Of a DNA stretch of 64,000 nt, positions 25,331-37,699 are shown in pieces (the first letter of the stretch is position 1; each line of letters starts with the position of its first letter). The stretch is from assembly GCF_001194135.2 (NCBI RefSeq), contig NC_068989.1:16786753-16850752 (forward strand). The letters run 5' to 3'. Made by a program: the position numbers and the translations under genes. Below the pieces are notes generated by a model, which did not search any database, was not told where the DNA came from, and saw nothing but the letters and a program-made list of their open reading frames with translations. Source of the DNA: Octopus bimaculoides. Taxonomy: Eukaryota.

Positions 25331-25948
25331 AATTAGAAAATGGAGGAGAACATGCTGTACCTAACGACTTGCAGACAGTGTATTCCGTTGAATTAATTAA
25401 CTTATTTTGTAACTAAAATGACAAAAACCACAAAATACAAATGTTTATGACAAACCATGTTATATTAAGAATCGGGGTTACAAATATAAAGTACATTAGG
25501 AATTTGAGAATAAACATAAACTTACAGCTGTTTCGGCCTAGTGTTGGCATGCCCCATTCTATCCGTATAGCTCCTGCCGGAGTAATTAGCAGATGAAATG
25601 CTGAAATGGGGGTACATGCACGATTCGCAAGGCCTCTTCAGAGATTCATAAAAATTCCACACAAATATAAAGTAAAATATAAAATAGAAATAAAAATAAA
25701 GATAAGAGTACAGTAAGAATAAAATAAATAAATGAAAAATGAAAATATAAAATATAAAAATATAAGGCACATAAAATGCCTACAAACAGTACATAAGGTC
25801 ATACCGATTCTTAATATAACATGGTTTGTCATAAACATTTGTATTTTGTGGTTTTTGTCATTTTAGTTACAAAATAAGTTAATTAATTCAATGGAATACA
25901 CTGTCTGCAAGTCGTTGGGTACAGCATGTTGTCTTCCATTTTCTAATT
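25331..25948. repeat. Long inverted repeat: 145-bp arms (about 4 mismatches), 328-bp spacer; the right arm runs into an N gap
   Basis: 25331-25475 is the reverse complement of 25804-25948. Confidence 0.93.
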
Positions 25949-26878
25949 NNNNNNNNNNNNNNNNNNNNNNNNNNNNNNNNNNNNNNNNNNNNNNNNNNNN
26001 NNNNNNNNNNNNNNNNNNNNNNNNNNNNNNNNNNNNNNNNNNNNNNNNNNNNNNNNNNNNNNNNNNNNNNNNNNNNNNNNNNNNNNNNNNNNNNNNNNNN
26101 NNNNNNNNNNNNNNNNNNNNNNNNNNNNNNNNNNNNNNNNNNNNNNNNNNNNNNNNNNNNNNNNNNNNNNNNNNNNNNNNNNNNNNNNNNNNNNNNNNNN
26201 NNNNNNNNNNNNNNNNNNNNNNNNNNNNNNNNNNNNNNNNNNNNNNNNNNNNNNNNNNNNNNNNNNNNNNNNNNNNNNNNNNNNNNNNNNNNNNNNNNNN
26301 NNNNNNNNNNNNNNNNNNNNNNNNNNNNNNNNNNNNNNNNNNNNNNNNNNNNNNNNNNNNNNNNNNNNNNNNNNNNNNNNNNNNNNNNNNNNNNNNNNNN
26401 NNNNNNNNNNNNNNNNNNNNNNNNNNNNNNNNNNNNNNNNNNNNNNNNNNNNNNNNNNNNNNNNNNNNNNNNNNNNNNNNNNNNNNNNNNNNNNNNNNNN
26501 NNNNNNNNNNNNNNNNNNNNNNNNNNNNNNNNNNNNNNNNNNNNNNNNNNNNNNNNNNNNNNNNNNNNNNNNNNNNNNNNNNNNNNNNNNNNNNNNNNNN
26601 NNNNNNNNNNNNNNNNNNNNNNNNNNNNNNNNNNNNNNNNNNNNNNNNNNNNNNNNNNNNNNNNNNNNNNNNNNNNNNNNNNNNNNNNNNNNNNNNNNNN
26701 NNNNNNNNNNNNNNNNNNNNNNNNNNNNNNNNNNNNNNNNNNNNNNNNNNNNNNNNNNNNNNNNNNNNNNNNNNNNNNNNNNNNNNNNNNNNNNNNNNNN
26801 NNNNNNNNNNNNNNNNNNNNNNNNNNNNNNNNNNNNNNNNNNNNNNNNNNNNNNNNNNNNNNNNNNNNNTATATATAT

Positions 26879-27360
26879 AATCAAAATAAGCAACAGGATA
26901 TTCAGAGGTGATTCAATACAGTCATTTCAAGTGGCTCCATTTAATTGAATCAAATCTTTAATATACAAATCTTTGATATACAAGACTATAAATCAAAACC
27001 AACTCCAAAAATCAGTGACAAGCTAGAACCCTAACAAGTTTCTTTTTCCCTGATGTCTTAGCAGCTTCTAAGCTGAAGTGAAAACAGCATGAATTTTGTC
27101 TTCTTACCCTCTTAGAGGATTTAAGTAAAATTATACAAATGTGTCCGAATGACTAAATTAATTCATCATCACCATCATCATTTAATGTCCGCTTTCTATG
27201 CTAGCATGGGTTGGACTGGCGAACCAGTATTTATTTATTTATGTATCTGAGTATAGCTCTGCATTTAAATCGATGCAATGATTGCATTGTTCAATTAAAT
27301 GGAGCCACTTGAAACGGTTGTATTGCATCACCTCTGGATATTTTGTTGCTTATTTTGATT
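26879..27360. repeat. Inverted repeat with 71-bp arms (about 7 mismatches)
   Basis: 26879-26949 is the reverse complement of 27290-27360; the spacer contains an RTE tail fragment (27165-27220). Confidence 0.88.
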
Positions 27361-27474
27361 TTATTCACCTTATTTTGAAATTGTACGGATAATACTGCAC
27401 TAATTTTTAGTGCTTCAACTTAAGTACCTAATTCATCTGAATCTCATATATATATATATATGTTTCAAATGACT

Positions 27475-27718
27475 GCTTTTATTAAAAATATCGCAATGTT
27501 TTCTCACCAATAATGTAAATATATTTATGGTTTTATACAATAGTGTTGGGAGCATATTAACACATGCTGTTATATCTACTTTCTTGTGTGAATACATTTT
27601 TAAGATAAAACTTATACTTTCTAACAGGATAACTTTTGATACTGATACAGTAACTCCTCTGTATGGATACAAATGTGTAAAGTAACTTTTATGGGAAAAT
27701 AATTTATTAGAGATATCA
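27475..27718 (-). pseudogene. About 3 decayed C2H2 fingers in the 3' UTR of ZNF gene 1
   Basis: Reads (C)DISNKLFSHKSYFTH..KHCDIFNKSSHLKH in the frame restored by adding TG to AAC-TG^AT; AATAAA at 27478-27483. Confidence 0.7.
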
Positions 27719-27727
27719 GTTGTATGG

Positions 27728-28034
27728 TGGAGGCGCAATGGCCCAGTGGTTAGGGCAGTGAACTCACGATCAGAGGATCGTTGTTTCGATTCCCAGACCG
27801 CGCGTTGCGTGTGTTTATTGAGCGAAAACGCCTAAAGCTCCACGAGGCTCCGGCAGGGGGTGTTGGCAACCCCTGTTGTAGTCTTTTGCCCCAACTTTCT
27901 CTCACTCTTTCTTCCTGTTTCTTGAGTAATGTTGCGATGGACTGGCATCCCATCCAGCTGGGGGGAACACATACGCCATAGAAACCGGGAAACCGGGCCC
28001 ATGAGCCTGGCTAGGGTGCATAAATAAAAAAATA
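27728..28034 (+). mobile_element. Chimeric SINE (family A 5' part plus family F 3' part) inserted at the ZNF gene 1 stop codon
   Basis: Family A sequence to ~27921, then tgagtaa..gcgatggactggc..catgagcctggctagg of family F; 13-bp TSD atcagttgtatgg at 27715-27727 and 28035-28047. Confidence 0.9.
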
Positions 28035-28035
28035 A

Positions 28036-28821
<786 letters not shown>

Positions 28822-29160
28822 TCATCCTTCACAACAATATAAAGATTTTTTTCTTCTTTTTGATCTGTATTTTATTTCAACATTACATTTTTACTGCTGA
28901 ACTTTCATCAACTATGATCTTATTAAAAATCAACAGATGCAGCAAACTTCTTGGCAATCCATGTTTAATTTGTAGACAAAATAATTTTATACACATTCCA
29001 GATAGTGAGACACTTTGCTAATAATCTCACTCAGGAAAATATTTCATAGTAATTCAGCCTAAGATTTACATGTAAATGTTAGTAACAGCTCTTTACAACT
29101 TCATTTAGTTTGATGATACATCTAAAGTAAAATTCTGTCAATCCAGTATCACCTGGTATT

Positions 29161-29178
29161 CTGAAATAATAGAGAAAC
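29161..29178 (-). promoter_or_regulatory. Probable 3' splice site of a 5'-UTR intron of ZNF gene 1
   Basis: Minus strand gtttctctattatttcag|, identical to 59406-59423 upstream of paralog 3. Confidence 0.65.
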
Positions 29179-29185
29179 AGCATAT

Positions 29186-29334
29186 GATAAAAATCACTTC
29201 AAAAGCAAAGATTCAACAGAGGAATAAGTAAGCTTAAGCAGTATAAGTCTTCTATTAGATAAAATCACTTTAAGAGCAAAGATTCAACAGAGGAACAAGT
29301 AAGCTTAAGCAATATAAGTCTTCTATTAGATAAA
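29186..29334. repeat. Tandem duplication of a ~71-bp unit in the ZNF gene 1 intron
   Basis: gataaaatcactt..agattcaacagagg..aagtcttctatta occurs twice. Confidence 0.9.
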
Positions 29335-29889
29335 TATAACTACTGTTTCATAACCTTCTCTTTCATTGTGAATAGATTATTCATCTGATGGATGTGATTT
29401 GATTGAAGGTATATTATTTTGGTACCTTTGAAACACAAACTGACACACACTTATATACAAATATATTATTTATATGTTTTGAGCCATACTGTACATCTGC
29501 CTGTCCTTGGATGGTTCCAGTATGATATCAGCTCTTCTATGAAAAGTGCTTGTTATCCTTGTTCACTCAACACTCTCCATTTCTTGAGAAAGGGATGCTG
29601 TGTGTGCTCCATCCATGCTTCTTCTAATAGCAGAGCTGATGGAGAGAGAGAGAGAAATTAATCTTGGATACTAACTGATACTTTGGGAGAAAAAATAAAT
29701 TTAAATGACCATATATACACACTTTACTTCGCACAAGGATACATATGGAGACACACGTTCACACATATGGAGATACACATCCATACATACAAACACGGTA
29801 CATAGTTGCAAAACACACACATACACACACTCAGATATGCATACACAAGGAGACAGAAGTACACACACACACATGTCTTGCAAACAACT

Positions 29890-30050
29890 CGCACATGCAA
29901 GTGCTACCAGTCGAGAACTCCGCATACCGGAAGCCAGCAAGTGTATGGGGTCATCAGGAGAGAATGCGCGCTGTTTCGGGGCCTACCTCTCGACGGCATC
30001 AATGCGCAGCACCCCGCCCCCCTCACTGATATGAGGCCCCGCTTGCTAGA
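29890..30050 (-). promoter_or_regulatory. Candidate promoter/first exon of ZNF gene 1
   Basis: CpG-rich patch with a GC box ccccgcccc (30012-30020), an ETS-type ccggaag (29927-29933) and a possible donor ccg|gtatgc at 29927. Confidence 0.45.
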
Positions 30051-30621
30051 TCAACTGGTTATTAAAAACAAAGCTCAATATTTCTCTAGCCATCGCTCAT
30101 CGTCTCTTTTTAACCAAATCCAGTGGCTAGTACATACATAAAAACACACAAACTCGGACACGCAAACATGAATATGCAGAATACATATATGCAAATGTAT
30201 ACACATACATACATAAATACATGCATACACACACATGCATGCATGTATATGCACACACACACATGCGCACAAATAAAAAGAAAAGGAACGCAGTGTGAAT
30301 AACGGACAGAGTGAAAACTATTGAAAAGGTTGCAAGACGCAACGAAAATTTTAGAAAAATAAAGGAAATAAGTGGAAATTTTACCGGTGTTCTGTTAAAT
30401 TATAAGGCACCAAAAGAGAATGACTCTCCCCAGACACAACAGTAAATTTAAATAGTTGAATTAATAGATAGTAAACAACAAAAATGTACAAAGAATGGCA
30501 GTAGAAAAATAAGGGAAACAGTTGGGTGTATTAAAGTGTAATACCAAAGTATATTATTTAAAAAAAATAATATTTATTTTGGTAGGAAGTGGGATTAGTT
30601 GGAATATTTCAGAGAAATTGG

Positions 30622-31129
30622 GGATCTATTTCAAAACGGGGGCACCAGTTTTCATTTATGTTTTATGTAGTGTTTTTGGTACCGAAAGACTTTCAAACTT
30701 CGTATACTTATCTATTTTGTGTTATAGAACAGAAAAAATTTTTGTATTCGAATTTATTTCATGTANNNNNNNNNNNNNNNNNNNNNNNNNNNNNNNNNNN
30801 NNNNNNNNNNNNNNNNNNNNNNNNNNNNNNNNNNNNNNNNNNNNNNNNNNNNNNNNNNNNNNNNNNNNNNNNNNNNNNNNNNNNNNNNNNNNNNNNNNNN
30901 NNNNNNNNNNNNNNNNNNNNNNNNNNNNNNNNNNNNNNNNNNNNNNNNNNNNNNNNNNNNNNNNNNNNNNNNNNNNNNNNNNNNNNNNNNNNNNNNNNNN
31001 NNNNNNNNNNNNNNNNNNNNNNNNNNNNNNNNNNNNNNNNNNNNNTTTATATGACACATTCTACCAGTGTCCCAAGTTTCAAAGTGTTTCGTTAAGAAAA
31101 TACTGGTGCCCCCGTTTTGAAATAGATCC
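30622..31129. mobile_element. MITE M1, copy 2 (opposite orientation, gapped)
   Basis: Same 27-bp TIRs; perfect 8-bp TSD gaaattgg (30614-30621, 31130-31137). Confidence 0.92.
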
Positions 31130-31135
31130 GAAATT

Positions 31136-31430
31136 GGCGATCTTTCGGTACGATTACCTAAATATCGGCCTTTTCCGTAAAAAGTGTTATAGAGAAACAG
31201 GGAAACGATATCATAACAGCGAAAGACATACAGAGAGCGCGATTTATTTTGAAGGGTTTAGAGTTAGGGTTTTAGGGTTTGCGTTAGGGAATTCCGTCCC
31301 TAACAGTAACCCTAACACCGTAGTGAAGACCGTGCGGGTGTTACGGAAAAGGCCGATCTTTGGTAAAGATCGCCGAAGACACTTTTGACGGAAAAGGCCG
31401 ATATTTAGGTAATCGTACCGAAAGATTGCC
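31136..31430. mobile_element. GG-terminated MITE M3 with central TTAGGG/CCCTAA repeats
   Basis: ~50-bp TIR ggcgatctttcggtacgattacctaaatatcggccttttccgt.aaaagtgt; extra internal copy of the TIR motif; no TSD found. Confidence 0.8.
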
Positions 31431-31525
31431 AAAAGCTTGCTTCCGGTTACCCAGGATTCATCAGGTTTGTTGGTTTCGTACGAGACAGACGTGTTGTTTA
31501 ATTGTGCGACATTTTTCCTCTTGTG

Positions 31526-32583
31526 ATGGAGGGACAGCGAACGGAAAGTTCAGAGAAGTCGAGGTGTTCTTCCCCAGAATGTGATTCGTCTGAGGAGGAA
31601 TTTTGGGAGTACTGGGATGATACGGATAGTGAAACAGCGGACAGAATAAAAATTGAAATAAACCTGGAAGAGCTGATGAGCAAGTACAAGGGAATGTTTA
31701 AAAAGGAGGGGAACAGCGTGAGAGTGTTCCCCCCGAAGGAGGTGATACAGGAGTACAATGATAAAACTATAATTTATGAAACACACTCGATAGCGGCCAA
31801 GAAGATAGATGTTATGTCAACAACTCAAGTGGAAAAGGCGCTCGAACCAATCTGGCAGGGAATTGCCTACCTCGATAGAGGTATAAAATTTGGAACGGTG
31901 AAGGTGTTATTTCAGGATGCCGCTACCGCCAGGCTGCACTCAACAACATCGCTGAAAACGAATGAGGTAGTTCTTCTGCCCTTTTACTGTGGGAGGCCTG
32001 CTTCCAGGGTTAGGGTGGAGGAAAAAGATATGGCACTACAGAGTACCAGCAGCGAAGAAAAGACAAATACCAACTGTGAGATAGCAGGGAAGAAGAGAAG
32101 AAAAGGGAGGAAGAAACATGTGGTAAAGGATGACCCCCAACCCATACCNNNNNNNNNNNNNNNNNNNNNNNNNNNNNNNNNNNNNNNNNNNNNNNNNNNN
32201 NNNNNNNNNNNNNNNNNNNNNNNNNNNNNNNNNNNNNNNNNNNNNNNNNNNNNNNNNNNNNNNNNNNNNNNNNNNNNNNNNNNNNNNNNNNNNNNNNNNN
32301 NNNNNNNNNNNNNNNNNNNNNNNNNNNNNNNNNNNNNNNNNNNNNNNNNNNNNNNNNNNNNNNNNNNNNNNNNNNNNNNNNNNNNNNNNNNNNNNNNNNN
32401 NNNNNNNNNNNNNNNNNNNNNNNNGGTAGATATAACGGGAGTAAAGTCTTGGCGGACACGGAGTACGTGTGTGAGGAAAATCTGGACTGCGAGTGGTGGG
32501 TAAAGAATATAGACACCAGCAGAATGCCGGAACACAGGGTATGTGGATATTCTAAAAAAAAGCACAATTTAGACATTTTTTAA
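31526..32583 (+). mobile_element. L1/Tx1-like LINE ORF1 (RRM-like), split by an N gap, with no ORF2 seen
   Basis: 207 open codons including IAYLDRGIKFGTVKVLF..HSTTSLKT..VLLPFYCGRPASRVRV. After the gap one frame is open for ~52 aa (GRYNGSKV..CEENLDCEWWVKNI..HNLDIF*). Acidic N-terminus and basic KKRRKGRKK patch. Confidence 0.5.
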
Positions 32584-32749
32584 AAAATGATGATTAAATA
32601 ATTGTTTTCAAAAAAAAAGTTTCAAAAAAGTTGTATTAACAGGTTCAATGAAGTCGCTCGGAGGTTAGTGGCTTCATTTCATCTTTTTATTCGGTTTTTT
32701 TTTTTTTTATCCTCTGTATGAAGGCCTTTATGGTCAATTTCATAAAATA

Positions 32750-33080
32750 AAGAATCTTGCTTCTCAACCACATGGTTCCGTGTTCAGTCCTACTGCATGG
32801 CACCTTTGGCAAGTGTTTTGTGCTCTAGCCTCAGGCCAACAGAAGTCTTGTGAGAGGATTTGGTAGACATATATCTATGTAAGGGGTGGGTCTGTGTTTG
32901 TCCCCCACCATCACTTGACAACTGGTGGTGGTGTATTTACATCCCTGTAACTTAGCAGTTCAGCAAAACGACCGATAGAATAAGTACTAAGCTTCGAAAA
33001 TAAGTCCTAGGGTTGATTTATTCGACTAAAACCTGTCAAAGCGGTGCCCGGGCATAGCCACAGTCAAATGACTGAAACAT
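32750..33080 (+). mobile_element. SINE family B, degenerate
   Basis: Head through cagtcaaatgactgaaaca. Confidence 0.8.
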
Positions 33081-33202
33081 TTTATAGATATACATGTGTA
33101 CAAGAAACTCAGTAAACATGCAGAGGTTAAGAGAGATTTCCTGAGAAAAAGTAAATTTTGTGACCTAAGTTTAAACTTTCCAAGTTATCTCACAAAATGG
33201 TA

Positions 33203-34321
33203 GGATCTTTGTGATTTGACGGGCAACACTTGTTTTCTTAACGAAACACTTTCAAACTTGGGACACTGGTAGAATGTGTCATACAAAACAACTTTTTCTC
33301 TTAGTCTTCTTAACAAAAAAATGTACATCGCAAGTTATTTCATGTTAAAGTTGTCGTATTTCTGTAATTTCAACCAATCACTGACGTCTATTCAGCTGAA
33401 TAGACGTCAGTGATTAGTTGAAATTATCGAAATAAGACAATTTTTAACGTGAAATAACTTCGAATACAAAATTTATTATCTGTTCTATACCACAAAATAT
33501 ACAAGTATACGAAGTTTGAAAGTGTTTCGGTACCAAAAACACTACATAAAAAAATGTTGCCCGTCAAATCACAAGGGTCCANNNNNNNNNNNNNNNNNNN
33601 NNNNNNNNNNNNNNNNNNNNNNNNNNNNNNNNNNNNNNNNNNNNNNNNNNNNNNNNNNNNNNNNNNNNNNNNNNNNNNNNNNNNNNNNNNNNNNNNNNNN
33701 NNNNNNNNNNNNNNNNNNNNNNNNNNNNNNNNNNNNNNNNNNNNNNNNNNNNNNNNNNNNNNNNNNNNNNNNNNNNNNNNNNNNNNNNNNNNNNNNNNNN
33801 NNNNNNNNNNNNNNNNNNNNNNNNNNNNNNNNNNNNNNNNNNNNNNNNNNNNNNNNNNNNNNNNNNNNNNNNNNNNNNNNNNNNNNNNNNNNNNNNNNNN
33901 NNNNNNNNNNNNNNNNNNNNNNNNNNNNNNNNNNNNNNNNNNNNNNNNNNNNNNGAAATGAAGCACTTGGTGGAGGTGCATTAATAATTCTGGTAGCTCC
34001 AATAACAAGTGCAGGCGATATTCAAGTATTTTGATGGCTTTTTCCCCTTTGTTTACGAACAATCTAGTTAATCGGAAATGTCAGAACTAACGGGGATTAA
34101 TACCATATACACCGTCACAGTAGTTACTGTATTCAGCTGAATAGACGTCAGTGATTAGTTGAAATTATCGAAATAAGACAATTTTTAACGTGAAATAACT
34201 TCGAATACAAAATTTATTATCTGTTCTATACCACAAAATATACAAGTATACGAAGTTTGAAAGTGTTTCGGTACCAAAAACACTACATAAAAAAATGTTG
34301 CCCGTCAAATCACAAGGGTCC
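33203..34321. mobile_element. MITE M1' (M1 body with different terminal TIRs)
   Basis: TIR gga(t/c)c(t/c)ttgtgatttgacgggcaaca; perfect 8-bp TSD aaatggta (33195-33202, 34322-34329); subterminal arms homologous to M1. Confidence 0.88.
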
Positions 34322-34752
34322 AAATGGTAAGTTGGAACATGTTGAACACACCAGTATTTATAGGGCAATTTAAGAATTATGCTAACATTATTTCAGTTTA
34401 CAGTTCCAATTATGTATTTTATCAGTAACTTCCGTGTAATTGTCATTTTGGTTTATTGCCTATAAATGTTTATTGGTCAACATGTTCTTGTATATACCCT
34501 AGCCTGTAGGTTGATAGATCAACAAGAAACAGGTTTCTGCTAACAATGTATTATTTTCCAACAGTTGTATGGAGCAGACAGAACAAATGCGATGTCCTCA
34601 CGTTCATATATGAGGCTATCACAAGGTACCAGCCTTATCCTCGCCAGATTTTTTGTTTCTACTGCACAACAGTTGCTTCAACTACCCATCAACTAACCAC
34701 ACTTTATCCCTATAAGTATCATAATTTTAGTTTTAACATTTTCCAGAGTTTC

Positions 34753-35123
34753 CGTTTGTTGGCACTCCTTCGCTTACGACGTCGAGGGTTCCAGTTGATC
34801 CGATCAACGGAACAGCCTGCTCGTGAAATTAACGTGCAAGCGGCTGAGCACTCCACAGACACGTGTACCCTTAACGTAGTTCTCGGGGATATTCAGCGTG
34901 ACACAGTGTGACAAGGCTGACCCTTTGAATTACAGGCTCAACAAAAACAGGAAGTAAGAGTGAGAGAAAGTTGTGGTGAAAGAGTACAGCAGGGTTCGCC
35001 ACAATCCCCTGCCGGAGCCTCGTGGAGCTTTAGGTGTTTTTGCTCAATAAACACTCACAACGCCCAGTCTGGGAATCGAAACCGCGAGTCCGCTACCCAA
35101 ACCACTGTGTCATTGCGCCTCCA
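34753..35123 (-). mobile_element. SINE family A, near full length
   Basis: 9-bp TSD cagagtttc (34744-34752, 35124-35132). Confidence 0.92.
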
Positions 35124-36032
35124 CAGAGTTTCTGTAAGAGCAGAATAATACGTCCCATACAGAATATTGTACAACTGTAAATACGAGATTACGTAATGCG
35201 AGTTACACCGCATCTCCTTTCTCTTTCTGTTGATATAAAAATGTGAGGAATAGGGAAAATAGGAATGGAGTGTCGAATGGAAAACGAAACGATGAAATAA
35301 GGCAATATTCTTACTTTCGTAAAACTTTTTTTTTTTTCACTTTCTTTCCTTTGCTGAACAAAAGAAATAGATGTACAGACAAGGATACGTATTCAACAAT
35401 GTTTACATATAAATGATACTTACACATTAATGTAGACCCTTTAAGGAAGATCTCACATGTTCGACATCAGAATAGATAACAGCTTCATGAAAACTTCAAG
35501 ATTTTACAGGTCAACATAGTAAAGAATGCCACAGTAATTACACAATTATCAACTATTTATATTTAATTCGATCTCATAAATGTCACTTGTAGACTGGATC
35601 TGGTTAGGAGATGTCTAACGAATAATAAGCAGGGAGTGATCAGAAATATTTGGGAGCGTTTAACACTTAGTGTTAGGGGAAGTAACTCTCTCTATAATTC
35701 ACTCTTTGTCATTATCTTCATTAAGACCAACACTATCACTTTCACATTCAATACCGCGTTTATCATTGATAATAATGTTTAATTATTTTTTGCTTTTTTA
35801 AAATTAATCATCTTTCAGACACATCGTCCATTAAAATAATTCAAAAACGTAGAAATAGATCTGTATAATGCACCTGAAAAAAATTATGACTGTAGTAAGG
35901 CGTTAAAAATGCTCCCAAAAATCTTCGGTGCAAACTAAAATAATATTCAACGATGTTAATATTGATTTCAAATTTTGGCACAAGAGAGAAAAAGGCAGCA
36001 AATTGCCGAATCCGAATTAGAGATTTTAACTC

Positions 36033-37180
36033 CTTGTAATCTGCTTCCCCTCTGGCTAAATAAACCTGTCTCCTAGCTTCCTTTCGGGCAGTCTGATACA
36101 ATTCCCTGCTACCTCCATTCTTCCAAGCCTGTTTTTTTTGTCTAATAGCCCTGTCAACCAGATTGTTCCATCACCACGTTACCATGGGTTGAGAGGGGAC
36201 TTTGCACCATCCACAGATCTGGTCAGTGACTCTCAGCAGGTTGTCCCGAAGAAACCTCCAGTTGTCTTCCACATTACGTGATGCTATATCCCCTTCTATA
36301 TCCCCTTCTATTTCATCAAAGGCTTCGAGTAATGCGTCTCTAAATCTCTGTCCATTTGCAGGATCTTTAAGCTTCCAGACCCTTCTCCTCCAAGCTGGTC
36401 TTCTTCTGGGCATCCATTTAGCCCTGATCCCGAAGTTGCTAACTACTAATCTATGTTGAAGGATACATTCTTCGCCTGGGAAGGTTTTGACATTTATAAG
36501 CAGCCCTCATTCCCTTTTTCTGGTGAGGATGTAGTCAATTTGGCTAATGTGTCTGCCAGAACAGTAGGTGACAGGCAGGTTTCCTGAAGTTGGTATTGCA
36601 AACCATAAGATTATTTGCATCACAGAACTCCAGCAGTCTTGTTCCCTCCTCATTGCGGGAACCATAGCCTCCATGTATGCCATGGAAGCCCCCTGCCTGT
36701 TGTCCAACATGTCCATTGAAATCACCAGCCACAAAGAGAAGGTCCCTGTCATTCGTCAACAAGGTAGTCTGCAATAGGGTGTCATAAAATCGGTCTTTCT
36801 GCCCATCCAGTAGAGGAGCATAGGCCGAGATAATGGTAGCTAATCCATGGTGAAGCACTAATCTAATCTTAAGTACTCTGTCACATGCTCTGACTACCTC
36901 GATTACCTTATCAACCCATTTCTCCGCAAGAAGTCAACCCACACTCCCGATCCCGTCAGTGTTCTTTGCCCAGAAAATCTTGTACCTGTGTTCTTTGCCT
37001 GTGAGGAACCTAGCAGAACATCCTCTCCACCTTACTTCTTCGATGCAGCACAAATCTACACGTCTCCATTCCAGTATCTCAACAATCTCACCAGACCTAC
37101 CTTTCAGTGTGCTAACTCTGAGGGTGTGGGCCTGTGAGGCCCTGGGACGAGGGACAGCAGTGTCATGTACCTGAAAAGAA
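36033..37180 (-). mobile_element. RTE-clade LINE 5' ORF fragment (APE endonuclease plus linker), frameshifted and 3'-truncated
   Basis: APE motifs STLKGRSGEIV..VDLCCIEEVRWRG, IISAYAP, AGDFNGHVG, RNEEGTRLLEFC..NTNFRK, SQIDYIL; then RRRVWKLKDP..WWWN..ARRQVYLAR. Confidence 0.93.
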
Positions 37181-37699
37181 AGCTTACATTTGACTGAATT
37201 CATAAACAAACAATAGCCTACAACCTGCATACACTACACCATTTTTATGCGCTATATGATCGATAAACCCTAGGTAGGGGTGGGGATGGCATTAGGCTCT
37301 TAGAAGTGTTTGCAGGAGACAAGCAAGGATGACAGGATAGGAACTTCTGATACAGGTGGAGGGGGTGTACCACGAGCCAGCAAGTTTAGACGAGAGCATC
37401 TTCTGCATTTGTATACTATGGTTAGACAAATTTAGAGAGAATGAATTAAAAATGATAAACTTGAATAAAATAAATAAAATGTGACAATTAACAGATATGC
37501 ATGAACTTAAGACAAACAAGGAAGACAAAGCTATNNNNNNNNNNNNNNNNNNNNNNNNNNNNNNNNNNNNNNNNNNNNNNNNNNNNNNNNNNNNNNNNNN
37601 NNNNNNNNNNNNNNNNNNNNNNNNNNNNNNNNNNNNGTACATGAATGAGGTTGAAAAGACAAGATTTCCTATCTGAGCATTTTCTGTAATTCGTATTCT

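Noticed and set aside
33955-34080. Transposase remnant inside M1'
   Set aside because: Too short next to the gap; no DDE or Merlin motif in any frame.
33395-34322. Biological tandem duplication of the M1' right arm
   Set aside because: Two identical ~190-bp copies flank an N gap; more likely a haplotype or scaffolding artefact.
37216-37297. Twister-ribozyme-like scaffold upstream of the RTE ORF (minus strand: TAA-TGCCA..ATAAAAA-TGGTG-TAGTG)
   Set aside because: A P2-like pairing and the position are suggestive, but P4, T1, T2 and P1 do not pair in register in this copy. At best a decayed relic; it would need a family consensus and an Infernal search.
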